Positions 1 through 9,532 of a DNA stretch of 32,624 nt are shown here, piece after piece. Source of the DNA: an uncultured Candidatus Saccharibacteria bacterium (GTDB taxonomy: Bacteria > Patescibacteriota > Minisyncoccia > UBA6257 > Colwellbacteraceae); the NCBI GenBank assembly GCA_964348605.1, contig CAYGDC010000002.1, forward strand, positions 1 to 32,624, in the 5' to 3' direction. The translations under genes were made by a program, and so were the position numbers. Below the pieces are notes generated by a model. That model was not told the origin of the DNA. It was given only the letters and a program-made list of their open reading frames with translations, and did no database searches. Within the stretch, counting starts at the first letter, position 1. Each line of letters opens with the position of its first letter.

Positions 1-848
1 GAGGGAATCCTTTTGCTGGTATGGGCAATATGCACGGAGCAAATTTTGATTTTAGCAGTTTTGATATGGGGGATTTATCAGGTATTTTTGAGGGCATCTT
101 TGGAGGAATGGCAGACGTTGCTCGTCCAACCCAAAGGAAAGGCTCGGATATGGAAGCAATTGTGGAAATCACATTAGAAAAAGCCGTTAGCGGGGTTAAA
201 ATACCGATAGTTCTTAAAACATTTGTAAGTTGTGGCGCGTGCAAAGGCAAGGGACACGATCCTAAAAAAGGTTTTACAAAATGTCGCGCCTGCGGTGGAT
301 CTGGGGGGGTAAGAGAAACTAAAAGAACTATTTTAGGTTCGTTTTCCAGGGTATCAGTTTGCAAAGATTGTGATGGCGTAGGAGAGATTCCTGTTAGTCT
401 TTGCAAGGAATGTGGAGGCAAAGGCAGAATTAAGGGAGAAAGAAAAATAGAAGTCGACATCCACCCAGGAGTAGTTGATGGACAGATTATTAAAATTAAA
501 GAGATGAGCGAGGCGGGCGAAAAAGGAGCATCTGCCGGTGATTTATATGTGCGAGTGAGGATTTTACCCCACAAAGTCTTTATAAGGCATGGCGATGATC
601 TAATTATTTCTAAAACAGTTAAGTTTTCCGATATTTTGCTCGGAAATCCAATCAGCGTACAAACTATTCGTGGCAAAGAAGCGCGAGTATCACCTGTGCC
701 TGGAGCCAGCGTTCGCAAAGAAATAAGAATAAAAGGAGAAGGAGCTACCCCCAAAGGCGACTTAATTGTGATACTTGATATTCAAGTTCCTTCAAAAATA
801 GACGAAAAAACAAAGAAAGCACTTGAAGAATTAAAAGGTGAGTGGTAG
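1..848 (+). CDS. dnaJ: Chaperone DnaJ, C-terminal ~280 aa (5' end lies upstream of the window)
   Basis: The frame stays open back to base 3 (GNPFAGMGNMHGANFDFSSF, a G/F-rich linker). Four CxxCxGxG zinc-finger repeats are present (CGACKGKG, CRACGGSG, CKDCDGVG, CKECGGKG), followed by the DnaJ C-terminal domains. No J domain is present, so the gene is cut by the window edge. Confidence 0.9.
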   Translation, partial: GNPFAGMGNMHGANFDFSSFDMGDLSGIFEGIFGGMADVARPTQRKGSDMEAIVEITLEKAVSGVKIPIVLKTFVSCGACKGKGHDPKKGFTKCRACGGSGGVRETKRTILGSFSRVSVCKDCDGVGEIPVSLCKECGGKGRIKGERKIEVDIHPGVVDGQIIKIKEMSEAGEKGASAGDLYVRVRILPHKVFIRHGDDLIISKTVKFSDILLGNPISVQTIRGKEARVSPVPGASVRKEIRIKGEGATPKGDLIVILDIQVPSKIDEKTKKALEELKGEW

Positions 849-862
849 GATATTTTCGTGTC

Positions 863-934
863 CCGCCCATAACTCAATGGTAGAGTAGTTGCCTTTTAAG
901 CAAAAAGTTGGAGGTTCGAGTCCTCCTGGGCGGA
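863..934 (+). tRNA. tRNA-Lys (anticodon UUU), CCA not encoded
   Basis: Hand-folded cloverleaf of 72 nt. Acceptor CCGCCCA/TGGGCGG (863-869 / 927-933), U8 at 870, D arm ACTC-AATGGTA-GAGT. Anticodon arm GTTGC-CTTTTAA-GCAAA with TTT at 895-897. 5-nt variable loop, T arm GGAGG-TTCGAGT-CCTCC, discriminator A at 934. Confidence 0.85.
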
Positions 935-970
935 CTGGGCTTTAATCCCAAAATATATTTTAAAAAAACA

Positions 971-2260
971 ATGAAAAATAAAATATTCTTCTTAATGCTT
1001 TTAATAGTTACTACCATTTCTTCTATTTTTTTTATTTTACCTTCTTCAGCCGGTGAAAAAATCGCAGAAATTATTCCTATTAAAATACCCAATCTTTTTC
1101 TCAATGAATTTTTGCCCTGGAGACTTGGCCTTGATCTTGTTGGAGGGACGGCCCTTGTTTATGATATTGACCTTACGGATGTCCCGCGAGAAAAAGTAGA
1201 GTCTGTAACAAACGGCTTAAGAGATGTTATCGAGCGAAGAATTGATCTTTATGGCGTTGCTGAACCAAGAGTGCGTATTATTACGCAAGGAGAAAGAAAA
1301 CAACTTCTTGTGGAGCTTGCTGGCATAAACGATATCGGGGCAGCTGCTCAAGAAATAGGAGAGACTCCTTTTCTTGATTTCAAAGAAAACTGCACTACTA
1401 CAGAAGATTCTTTTAATTGTGTTCCAACTGGCCTTTCTGGAAAGCATATTCAGCGCGCTTCAGTTGCTACTGACCAACTCGGAATTATTATGCCGGTCGT
1501 AAGTCTTGAGTTTAACGATGAAGGAGCTCAGTTATTTGAAGAAATCACAGCAAGAAATGTTGGACAGCAGGTGGCTATTTTTCTTGATGGCGTTCCGATA
1601 AGTGCCCCCGTTGTTCAAGAGAAAATCATTGGTGGTAATGCACAAATATCCGGAGAAGGTATTACCCTTGAATCAGCGCATGAGCTTGTAGAAAGATTTA
1701 ATGCCGGCGCTCTTGCTGCGCCTATTCGACTTGCAAGTCAGCGCGCGGTTAATGCTACCGCTGCCACAGACTCTCTTTATCGCATCCTTCTTGCGGGAGT
1801 AATTAGTATTTTGCTTGTTATTATTTTTATAATCGCTGTTTATAAGAAAAACGGCATTATCGCTGGCGTTTCTCTTTTACTATATGTTATTTTTTCCCTC
1901 GCTATATTTAAGCTTATTCCTGGATTTACTTTAAGCCTTTCAGGCATTACTGGTTTTATTCTATCTATAGGCGCGGCACTTGACGCAAATATTCTTATTT
2001 TTGAGAGAACCAAAGAAGAATCCCGTCAAGGCGTTCGTGGCCTAGCTGCTATGGAATCCGGATTTAAATTTGCTTGGTCTTCTATTAGGGACTCAAATAT
2101 CAGCACGATTCTCACCGCTCTTGTTCTTTTTTATTTTACCACAGGATTTGTGCAAGGATTTGCCTTAACTCTTCTTGTTGGTATTCTTATTAACCTTGCT
2201 ATGACCTATATAGTTACTAGAAATTTATTAAAAATATTTCCAGGCAGGGCGACAAAATAA
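971..2260 (+). CDS. secD: Protein translocase subunit SecD
   Basis: N-terminal TM helix, LGLDLVGGTALVYDIDL motif, large periplasmic domain and a C-terminal six-helix membrane block typical of SecD. I start it at ATG 971 (MKNKIFF...), because the ORF-track start at 908 overlaps the tRNA. Confidence 0.9.
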   Translation: MKNKIFFLMLLIVTTISSIFFILPSSAGEKIAEIIPIKIPNLFLNEFLPWRLGLDLVGGTALVYDIDLTDVPREKVESVTNGLRDVIERRIDLYGVAEPRVRIITQGERKQLLVELAGINDIGAAAQEIGETPFLDFKENCTTTEDSFNCVPTGLSGKHIQRASVATDQLGIIMPVVSLEFNDEGAQLFEEITARNVGQQVAIFLDGVPISAPVVQEKIIGGNAQISGEGITLESAHELVERFNAGALAAPIRLASQRAVNATAATDSLYRILLAGVISILLVIIFIIAVYKKNGIIAGVSLLLYVIFSLAIFKLIPGFTLSLSGITGFILSIGAALDANILIFERTKEESRQGVRGLAAMESGFKFAWSSIRDSNISTILTALVLFYFTTGFVQGFALTLLVGILINLAMTYIVTRNLLKIFPGRATK

Positions 2261-2285
2261 AAAAATAAATACAAAAAACAACAAA

Positions 2286-3212
2286 ATGCAACTCAATATA
2301 ATCGGAAATAAAAAATGGTTTCTTTCTCTCTCTGCTGTTTTTGTGGCTCTGTCTATTGCTGCTATCGCTATATTCGGATTTACTCCAGGGATTGATTTTA
2401 CGAGTGGAACAATGTGGCAAGTTGCTATCCCAGATACTGACGAGCGCGCTGTTCGCGAATTTGCAGAAAATAATCTTAATCTTGATTCTCCCGTCATCTC
2501 TTATGACGCTCTCACAGAATCGTATGTTTTGATTTTTAGAGAGATTGCTGGAGTTGAGCATGTCGCCTTCAGAGAGTCTTTGCTTACTCGCTTTCCTCAA
2601 GCACAAGAACTTGATTTTGGAACGACCTCTCCCTCTGTTTCTGCCGAATTAACGAATAGAGCAATCTGGTTAGTTGCATTAGTTGTTGTCCTTATTTTGC
2701 TTTATGTTACTTACACTTTTTACAAAATATCGTGGCCTGTTAAATCATATAAATATGGATTTGTAACGCTTGTAGCGTTAGCTCACGATACTTTAATAGC
2801 AGCAGGATTTTTTGCTGTCATCGGTTATCTAAGGGGCATTCCTATGGATACCTATTTCATTGTTGCGCTTCTTACAGTTGCTGGCTTTTCTGTACAAGAC
2901 ACCATTGTTATTTTTGACCGTATTCGGGAAAAACTCTTAGGACAAAAAGGGAAAATTGATTTTTCAGAAATCGCAAACAAAAGCGTTAGCGAAGTCTTTA
3001 TGAGGTCTCTTATTACCGCAGTAGGTGTAATGATTGCATTAATTGTAGTTGCTATTTTTGGTCCGCTGTCTATGAGATATTTTGCCCTTACTATGCTTGT
3101 TGGAATGTTTTTTGGCACTTATTCTTCTATTTTTGTTGCGGCGCCACTCCTCACTGTTTGGAATAATTTCGACAATAAGCGTCAAGCCAAATATAAGCAA
3201 GACAAGCCTTAA
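2286..3212 (+). CDS. secF: Protein translocase subunit SecF
   Basis: GIDFTSGT motif after the first TM helix and a SecD/SecF-type C-terminal membrane domain (FSVQDTIVIFDRIRE). It sits immediately downstream of secD. Confidence 0.9.
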   Translation: MQLNIIGNKKWFLSLSAVFVALSIAAIAIFGFTPGIDFTSGTMWQVAIPDTDERAVREFAENNLNLDSPVISYDALTESYVLIFREIAGVEHVAFRESLLTRFPQAQELDFGTTSPSVSAELTNRAIWLVALVVVLILLYVTYTFYKISWPVKSYKYGFVTLVALAHDTLIAAGFFAVIGYLRGIPMDTYFIVALLTVAGFSVQDTIVIFDRIREKLLGQKGKIDFSEIANKSVSEVFMRSLITAVGVMIALIVVAIFGPLSMRYFALTMLVGMFFGTYSSIFVAAPLLTVWNNFDNKRQAKYKQDKP

Positions 3213-3227
3213 GTCGCATAAAATAAT

Positions 3228-3257
3228 TTGACATAATCTATTTTTCACTGATATATT
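3228..3257 (+). promoter_or_regulatory. Putative sigma70-type promoter of the str operon
   Basis: TTGACA (3228-3233), 18-nt spacer, TATATT (3252-3257). The AATAATTTGACA context recurs upstream of tuf. Confidence 0.4.
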
Positions 3258-3264
3258 TATAAAC

Positions 3265-3684
3265 GTGCCAACAATGAATCAACTCCTGAAGAAGGAGCGC
3301 AAAGTTTTATCTAAAAAGTCAAAATCACCCGCCATGGGTCGCTACTTTAATGTGCTTAAAAATAGATCGGTTTATTCCACTTCTCCTCAAAAAAAAGGAG
3401 TATGTTTGAAAGTGTTTACTACTACTCCCAAAAAACCAAACTCAGCCTTAAGAAAAGTAGCAAGAGTTCGTCTTACAAATGGCATGGAGGTTACTTCTTA
3501 TATTCCTGGCGAACAGCACAATCTTCAAGAACACTCCGTTGTGCTTATCAGGGGAGGCAGAGTTAGAGATTTGCCAGGCGTTCGCTATCATGTTGTGCGA
3601 GGAGCGCTTGACACTGCTGGCGTTACTGGTCGCAAGCAACAAAGAAGCAAGTACGGAGCCAAAAAAGCAAAAACTTCAAAATAA
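3265..3684 (+). CDS. rpsL: 30S ribosomal protein S12
   Basis: A GTG start gives the conserved N-terminus [28 protein letters not shown] and [16 protein letters not shown] motifs are present. Confidence 0.95.
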   Translation: MPTMNQLLKKERKVLSKKSKSPAMGRYFNVLKNRSVYSTSPQKKGVCLKVFTTTPKKPNSALRKVARVRLTNGMEVTSYIPGEQHNLQEHSVVLIRGGRVRDLPGVRYHVVRGALDTAGVTGRKQQRSKYGAKKAKTSK

Positions 3685-3692
3685 TAATAACA

Positions 3693-4157
3693 ATGAGACG
3701 CAAGAAAAATTATAAAAGGGAACATGCTCCCGACATTAATTACAACAGTATAGCAATTAGCAGATTTATTAATTACCTAATGTATGACGGTAAAAAGTCT
3801 GTAGCTCAAAAAGATCTTTATGGCGCTTTCGCAGTTATAGAAAAAACTGGCAAAGTTCCACTTGAAATATTTGAGACCGCCTTGGATAATGTAAAACCTT
3901 TAATGGAGGTTGTTTCAAAAAGAGTTGGAGGAGCAAACTATCAAGTTCCGCGAGAAGTAAGACCAGAAAGACAATTTATGCTTGCTTCTAAATGGATCAT
4001 TACTGCTGCAAGGTCTAAAAAGGGAAAACCAATTGCTAAAAAGCTTGCCGATGAGCTTATCGCCGCCGCAGGAAACGAAGGCGCCGCCATTAAGAAAAAA
4101 CAAGACATTCATAGGATGGCTGAAGGCAACAGAGCTTTTGCTCATTTTGCGAATTAA
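3693..4157 (+). CDS. rpsG: 30S ribosomal protein S7
   Basis: Motifs VSKRVGGANYQVP and HRMAEGNRAFAHF. Canonical position after rpsL. Confidence 0.95.
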   Translation: MRRKKNYKREHAPDINYNSIAISRFINYLMYDGKKSVAQKDLYGAFAVIEKTGKVPLEIFETALDNVKPLMEVVSKRVGGANYQVPREVRPERQFMLASKWIITAARSKKGKPIAKKLADELIAAAGNEGAAIKKKQDIHRMAEGNRAFAHFAN

Positions 4158-4169
4158 TTTTAATTAAAT

Positions 4170-6275
4170 ATGGAAAACAAGGTCTATGGCATAGAGAAGA
4201 CTAGGAATATTGGTATTGTTGCTCATATTGATGCAGGTAAAACCACTACTTCCGAACGCATTCTCTTTTATACTGGCGTATCACATAAATTAGGAGAGGT
4301 CCACGAAGGAGAAGCTGTTATGGACTGGATGGACCAAGAGCGAGAGCGGGGGATAACTATCACTTCAGCCGCGACAACTTGTTTCTGGACCCCAACTTAC
4401 AGAAATAAAGATAAATCTTACGAACATCGCATCAATTTAATTGATACCCCAGGACACATTGACTTTACAGTTGAGGTCAAAAGGTCTTTGCGTGTCTTAG
4501 ATGGCGCAGTTGTTGTTTTTGACGGCGTGTCTGGAGTAGAGCCACAGTCTGAAACTAACTGGCGCTATGCTGATGAATATAAAGTTCCCAGACTTTGCTT
4601 TATCAATAAACTTGACCGTCTTGGAGCTTCTTTTGATAAAAGTTTTGAATCTATAAAGTCTCGCCTTACTCCAAATGCTATTGCTATTCAAGTCCCTATT
4701 GGTATTGAAGCTGATTTTGATGGCATCATAGACCTTCTTAAAATGAAAGCATATCGCTTTGAGGGCGACAGGGGAGAAAATATTGTTGAAATACCAATTC
4801 CCGAAAGCATGGAAGAAGAAGTTTTAGCAAAAAGAGCTATTTTAATGGAAAAAATAGTAGAAAACGATGAGCTAGCAATGAACGATTATCTTGAAGGAAA
4901 AGAAATTCCTTTAGAAACTCTTAAAAAGATGCTCCGAAAGTGTGTTCTTGACCTTACAATTATACCTGTGCTTTGCGGTAGTGCTTATAAAAATAAAGGA
5001 GTTCAGTTCGTTCTTGATGCTGTAATTGATTATTTGCCATCCCCAACTGACCTACCTCCTGTTAAGGGAAACGATTTAAAAACCGGAAATGATGTTTTGC
5101 GTTATCCAAGCGACACAGAACCCTTTGCCGCTCTTGCTTTTAAAGTTGCCACCGACCCATTTGTCGGAACACTAACTTTTATTCGTGTTTACAGCGGAGT
5201 CCTTTCTAAGGGAAGCTATATCTTGAATGCTACTAAAGATAATCAAGAGCGCGCTGGTCGCATATTACGAATGCATGCAAATTCTCGAGAAGAAGTTGAT
5301 GAGCTTCGCGCTGGGCAAATTGGCGCTCTTGTTGGTCTTAAAAATACTACTACTGGCGATACTCTTTGTTCTCCTGACCAGTCAATTATTCTTGAGCGTA
5401 TTAGTTTTCCAGAACCAGTTATTTCTCAGAAAATTTCTCCTGAATCTAAAGCTGACCAAGAAAAAATGGGAGTTGCTTTAAGGCGCCTATCAGATGAAGA
5501 TCCAACTTTTAGAGTTACAGGCGACATTGAAACTGGCGAAACTATTATCGCTGGAATGGGGGAGCTGCATTTAGAAGTTTTAGTAGAAAGAATGAAACGG
5601 GAGTTCGGGGTAAACGCTACTGCTGGACGACCACAGGTTGCTTATAAAGAAACGATTACTAGCCTTGCATCAGCTGAAGGCAAATATATTAAACAATCTG
5701 GTGGTCGCGGACAATATGGTCACGTAAGACTCAAAATTGAGGCATTAGAAAGAGGAAAGGGGTTTGAGTTTATCGATGCTATTAAGGGAGGAGTTGTTCC
5801 TCGCGAATATATCCCTGCTGTTGAAAAAGGAGTAAAAGAATTTTTAAGCAAAGGTATTACTGCCGGTTTTCCTGTTGTGGATATTAAAGTTACTCTTTAT
5901 GATGGGTCATATCATGACGTAGACTCTTCTGAAATCGCTTTCAAAATTGCTGCTTCTATGTGTATGCAAGAAGGGTGTAAAAATGCCAAGCCAGTTCTTT
6001 TAGAGCCAATCATGAAAGTTCAAGTTATTATTCCTGCTGAATATATAGGCGACATAACTGGAGATATTTCTTCCAAGAGAGGAAAAATTGAATCTATTGA
6101 AGACCGCACTAATTCAAAAGTTGTTGATTCCACTATTCCTCTTTCTGAAATGTTTGGATATGCGACCAAGCTTCGATCTATGACTCAAGGAAGAGGTGTC
6201 TTTACTATGGAATTTAATAATTATGAAATTGCTCCTAAAAATATAGAAGCAGCAATTATAGCGGGAAGAAAGTAA
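4170..6275 (+). CDS. fusA: Elongation factor G
   Basis: G-domain motifs [14 protein letters not shown] and NKLD. Full five-domain length of 701 aa. Confidence 0.97.
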   Translation: MENKVYGIEKTRNIGIVAHIDAGKTTTSERILFYTGVSHKLGEVHEGEAVMDWMDQERERGITITSAATTCFWTPTYRNKDKSYEHRINLIDTPGHIDFTVEVKRSLRVLDGAVVVFDGVSGVEPQSETNWRYADEYKVPRLCFINKLDRLGASFDKSFESIKSRLTPNAIAIQVPIGIEADFDGIIDLLKMKAYRFEGDRGENIVEIPIPESMEEEVLAKRAILMEKIVENDELAMNDYLEGKEIPLETLKKMLRKCVLDLTIIPVLCGSAYKNKGVQFVLDAVIDYLPSPTDLPPVKGNDLKTGNDVLRYPSDTEPFAALAFKVATDPFVGTLTFIRVYSGVLSKGSYILNATKDNQERAGRILRMHANSREEVDELRAGQIGALVGLKNTTTGDTLCSPDQSIILERISFPEPVISQKISPESKADQEKMGVALRRLSDEDPTFRVTGDIETGETIIAGMGELHLEVLVERMKREFGVNATAGRPQVAYKETITSLASAEGKYIKQSGGRGQYGHVRLKIEALERGKGFEFIDAIKGGVVPREYIPAVEKGVKEFLSKGITAGFPVVDIKVTLYDGSYHDVDSSEIAFKIAASMCMQEGCKNAKPVLLEPIMKVQVIIPAEYIGDITGDISSKRGKIESIEDRTNSKVVDSTIPLSEMFGYATKLRSMTQGRGVFTMEFNNYEIAPKNIEAAIIAGRK

Positions 6276-6316
6276 AAGATTAAAAAGATAGTTTTTTATC
6301 GGCGCCCTATCTAGTC

Positions 6317-6345
6317 TTCTAAAATCAATGATGACTATTTATAAT
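6317..6345 (+). promoter_or_regulatory. Putative promoter; -10 box lies 6 nt from the ATG (leaderless candidate)
   Basis: TATAAT at 6340-6345 and ATG at 6352. The -35 TTCTAA (6317-6322) at 17-nt spacing is weak. Confidence 0.35.
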
Positions 6346-6351
6346 TAAAAT

Positions 6352-7080
6352 ATGGAAATATTAACTCCTTTATTAGCTTTATTTTTAGGCATTACTACAG
6401 CCGTTTCTCTTCATACTTTTTATTTGTTTCCAGCAGTCTTTGCTTATTCTATTAGTGCTGGAAAACATCACAAACTTAGACCGCTTTTTATTGCAAGCGG
6501 TCATTTTTTAGCAATTATTCTAATTGGTTTTATTACTCTAGGAATTGGTCTTCTTATAGAAGACCATCTTATTTATTTTAAAATTCCAGCGACAATTTTT
6601 ATTTTAATTGTTGGCTTATATTTAATATTTGTTAAAAAAGCTGACCCCTGTGGAGAAGCTTGTGGTTGCAAAAAAGATTCAGTAATTAATAAACTAAAAT
6701 CAGACAGCTTATTTAAGTCATTTTTCTTTGGTTTTTCACTCGGGCTACTATGTATCGCTTGTCTTTTGCCAGTACTTGGCTCAATTATAGCGATGTTCGC
6801 TATTGTCGGTTACGGCACGATTATATTGATTTTGAGTTATGCCTTTGGACATGCTTTACCAATTTTGATTACTGCTTATCTTCCTTATTTTTCTGAAAAA
6901 TTTGCAAAAGAAAAAATAGAAAAAAATATAATAATTTTAAGAAAAATAGCCGGCCTTATTCTAATTATTGTTAGCATTTATCTATTCTGGTATTTATTTA
7001 TTTCCGACCATGATCATAAAGAAGACCATGAAGATAAGTATTATAGCCAACTTAATTATAGGGCTGAAAAGAATTATTAA
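6352..7080 (+). CDS. CcdA/DsbD-family-like polytopic membrane protein with atypical cysteines and a His-rich tail
   Basis: About six hydrophobic helices. TM1 (SLHTFYLFPAVFAYS) aligns by eye with the CcdA SPCxLPLYPAFLSY motif but has no Cys. TM4 has LLCIACLLPVLG (CxxC plus the CxxP-like motif). The loop carries DPCGEACGCKKD and the C-terminus carries DHDHKEDHEDK. Confidence 0.5.
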   Translation: MEILTPLLALFLGITTAVSLHTFYLFPAVFAYSISAGKHHKLRPLFIASGHFLAIILIGFITLGIGLLIEDHLIYFKIPATIFILIVGLYLIFVKKADPCGEACGCKKDSVINKLKSDSLFKSFFFGFSLGLLCIACLLPVLGSIIAMFAIVGYGTIILILSYAFGHALPILITAYLPYFSEKFAKEKIEKNIIILRKIAGLILIIVSIYLFWYLFISDHDHKEDHEDKYYSQLNYRAEKNY

Positions 7081-7091
7081 AATTAACAGCA

Positions 7092-7120
7092 TTGTAAATA
7101 TCTAAGATAAACATTATTAT
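7092..7120 (+). promoter_or_regulatory. Putative promoter; -10 box lies 7 nt from the ATG (leaderless candidate)
   Basis: TTGTAA (7092-7097), 17-nt spacer, TATTAT (7115-7120), ATG at 7128. Confidence 0.35.
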
Positions 7121-7127
7121 ATAATCT

Positions 7128-7805
7128 ATGAAAAAAATAATTGCTACTGCTTCTGTGCCATTAGTAATCGGATTATTAATAGGCGCAGGCGCTTTTTATC
7201 TTATAGGTCCAAATATTGGGCAAGGAATTATCTCAATTGGAGAAGCTAGAGAAAGATTGCTTAGCGCTACTAGTCGATTATTGCCTCCAGAAACAAATGT
7301 TTCTATAACTGAAATTATCACAGAAAGGGGATTATATAAAATTACACTTAATATACAAGGACAAGAAGACGCACAAGGAGAAGAAGTGGATGTTTATCTA
7401 ACTAAAAATGGATCATTTCTTTTATTACCACCAGAACGATTTATTGATTTAGACGCTTTCCTGGCTAACCTTACTCCAGCGGAAGAGGAAAGCGAGCAAG
7501 TATTTACCCCAGAACAATTGACTCAATTAACTGGATTAGCCCAGTGTTTAACTGAAAAAGGGGTTAGATTTTTTGGAACAGCGGAATGTCCGTGGTGCAC
7601 TAGGCAAAAAGAGCTTTTTGGTCCAGCAACCGAATTTTTGCCTTACATTGAATGTTCTCCTAATGTTGCTACTGAACAGGAATTAACAATGTGTGAAGAG
7701 GCGGGAGTAAGGGGTGTTCCTGATTGGAGATTCCCAGGCCAAGAGCCTGTTACAGGAATGCAGTCTATTGAAAGAATAGCTGAGCTTTCAGGATGCGAGA
7801 TATAA
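7128..7805 (+). CDS. Membrane-anchored thioredoxin-fold protein (CPWC active site)
   Basis: N-terminal TM anchor. The C-terminal domain FFGTAECPWCTRQKELFG..YIECSPN..CEEAGVRGVPDW has a CxxC at 7587-7598. From memory it resembles the Trx-like domain fused to bacterial VKOR homologues. Confidence 0.6.
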   Translation: MKKIIATASVPLVIGLLIGAGAFYLIGPNIGQGIISIGEARERLLSATSRLLPPETNVSITEIITERGLYKITLNIQGQEDAQGEEVDVYLTKNGSFLLLPPERFIDLDAFLANLTPAEEESEQVFTPEQLTQLTGLAQCLTEKGVRFFGTAECPWCTRQKELFGPATEFLPYIECSPNVATEQELTMCEEAGVRGVPDWRFPGQEPVTGMQSIERIAELSGCEI

Positions 7806-7850
7806 AGGATGGCAAGAATCAAACTCTCTTTAAGAAATACAAAAAATAAT

Positions 7851-7880
7851 TTGACATTAAACTGTATTATCGCTTAAACT
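7851..7880 (+). promoter_or_regulatory. Putative promoter upstream of tuf
   Basis: TTGACA (7851-7856), 18-nt spacer, TAAACT (7875-7880). Shares the AATAATTTGACA context with the rpsL promoter. Confidence 0.4.
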
Positions 7881-7924
7881 TTATCCAGTCGTAAAATTTT
7901 AATAAATAATAATTACATAATTAA

Positions 7925-9118
7925 ATGGCAGAAAAATTTGAACGTTCAAAGCCTCACGTTAATGTTGGCACTATTGGTCATGTCGACCATGGTAAGACCA
8001 CTTTAACCGCTGCTTTGACTCACGTCCTCTTCCTCAAGGGGCTTGCTAAAAAAGAGGAAAGAGTTGACCAGATAGACAACGCCCCTGAAGAAAAAGCTCG
8101 TGGTATCACGATTGCTTTGCATCACTCTGAATACGAATCAGAAAAACGTCACTATGCACACATAGACGCTCCTGGGCACGCTGACTATATCAAAAACATG
8201 ATTACTGGCGCCGCTCAAATGGACGGAGCAGTTCTTGTTGTTTCCGCTGCTGATGGTCCAATGCCTCAAACAAGAGAACATATTCTTCTTGCAAAACAAG
8301 TAGGTGTTCCGTCCATCGTTGTTTTTCTTAATAAAACTGACATGGTTGATGACCCAGAGCTTGTTGATTTAGTTGAGGCTGAGATTAGAGAGCTTCTTTC
8401 TAAGTACCAATATCCTGGCGCAGAAACTCCTATTATTCGTGGATCAGCCCTTAAAGCATTAGAAACAACAAATCCTGACGATGAAGCTAATAAGCCTATT
8501 ATGGAGCTTGTTAATGCTTTAGACAATTATATTGTTGAGCCAAAACGCGAAACCGAAAAGCCGTTTCTTATGCCAGTTGAAGACATCTTTACAATTGAAG
8601 GCAGAGGAACTGTTGTTACTGGGCGCATTGAGCGAGGCACGATTAAACTAAATGAAAACATAGAAATAGTTGGCTTACAGCCCACTCAGGCTACTGTTGT
8701 TACAGGTATTGAAATGTTCAATAAGCAACTTGATGAAGGACAAGCTGGAGATAATGCTGGACTTCTTTTAAGGGGCACTAAGAAAGAAAATATTCAACGC
8801 GGACAAGTTCTTGCAAAGCCTGGATCTGTTACTCCGCATACTGACTTTGAAGCTGAGGTATTATTGCTTAGCAAAGAAGAGGGTGGTCGTCACACTCCTA
8901 TCTTTGGAGGATATAGGCCACAATTTTATATTCGTACCACTGACGTAACAGGAGAAGTTAAGCTTCCTGCTGGCACAGAAATGGCCATGCCTGGAGACAC
9001 TGTTAAGGTCAATGTTGTTCTTATTTCTCCAACTGCGCTAGAAGAACAACAGCGCTTTGCTATTCGCGAAGGAGGAAAAACCGTTGGTGCAGGAGTCATC
9101 ACTAAAATTAACAAATAA
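7925..9118 (+). CDS. tuf: Elongation factor Tu
   Basis: [14 protein letters not shown] and NKTD motifs in 397 aa. Confidence 0.97.
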   Translation: MAEKFERSKPHVNVGTIGHVDHGKTTLTAALTHVLFLKGLAKKEERVDQIDNAPEEKARGITIALHHSEYESEKRHYAHIDAPGHADYIKNMITGAAQMDGAVLVVSAADGPMPQTREHILLAKQVGVPSIVVFLNKTDMVDDPELVDLVEAEIRELLSKYQYPGAETPIIRGSALKALETTNPDDEANKPIMELVNALDNYIVEPKRETEKPFLMPVEDIFTIEGRGTVVTGRIERGTIKLNENIEIVGLQPTQATVVTGIEMFNKQLDEGQAGDNAGLLLRGTKKENIQRGQVLAKPGSVTPHTDFEAEVLLLSKEEGGRHTPIFGGYRPQFYIRTTDVTGEVKLPAGTEMAMPGDTVKVNVVLISPTALEEQQRFAIREGGKTVGAGVITKINK

Positions 9119-9128
9119 TTAAACTATC

Positions 9129-9434
9129 TTGGACAAGCTGAGATTAAGGATAAAATCATACGACCAGCGACTAATAGATAATTCTTGTCGCCAAATAGTG
9201 GAGGTGCTAGATCGCTCTAGCGCTGACATTGTTGGACCGATTCCACTACCCACAGAATTTAGAAAATATACTGTAAACAGAGCATCGTTTGTTTACAAAG
9301 ATAGTCGTGAGCAGTTTGAGCTGAGGGTTCATAAAAGAATTATTGATATCCTGAACCCCAATCAGCGTCTCATGGAATCTCTTTCTGACTTGAATCTCCC
9401 AGCAGGGGTAGACATAGAAGTAAAAATGGTATAA
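9129..9434 (+). CDS. rpsJ: 30S ribosomal protein S10
   Basis: TTG start. LRIKSYDQRLID and GPIPLPT motifs. Canonical position after tuf. Confidence 0.93.
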   Translation: MDKLRLRIKSYDQRLIDNSCRQIVEVLDRSSADIVGPIPLPTEFRKYTVNRASFVYKDSREQFELRVHKRIIDILNPNQRLMESLSDLNLPAGVDIEVKMV

Positions 9435-9485
9435 TATGGAAAACATTGATGAGCTAAATACAGAAATAGCCTAAAAACAAAAAAG

Positions 9486-9513
9486 TAACCGAGGCTATCT
9501 CGGTTATTTTTTT
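9486..9513 (+). terminator. Rho-independent terminator between rpsJ and rplC
   Basis: Perfect stem TAACCGAG/CTCGGTTA (9486-9493 / 9499-9506), loop GCTAT, then TTTTTTT (9507-9513). An A-run upstream makes it potentially bidirectional. Confidence 0.6.
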
Positions 9514-9532
9514 GTAAAAGACTTTTATTACA

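Noticed and set aside
874-1104. 76-aa minus-strand ORF, and the 908 start of the secD ORF, both overlapping the tRNA-Lys gene
   Set aside because: They overlap a well-folding tRNA and the secD N-terminus. The secD signal/TM sequence begins at ATG 971. These are shadow or extension artefacts.
6285-6316. AGATAG...CTATCT inverted repeat after fusA as a terminator
   Set aside because: The stem is only 6 bp, the loop is 15 nt, and no following T-run is present.
9436-9474. 12-codon mini-ORF (MENIDELNTEIA) as a real gene
   Set aside because: It is too short to call as a protein-coding gene and has no homology I recognise. It is kept only as possible context for the terminator/attenuator idea.
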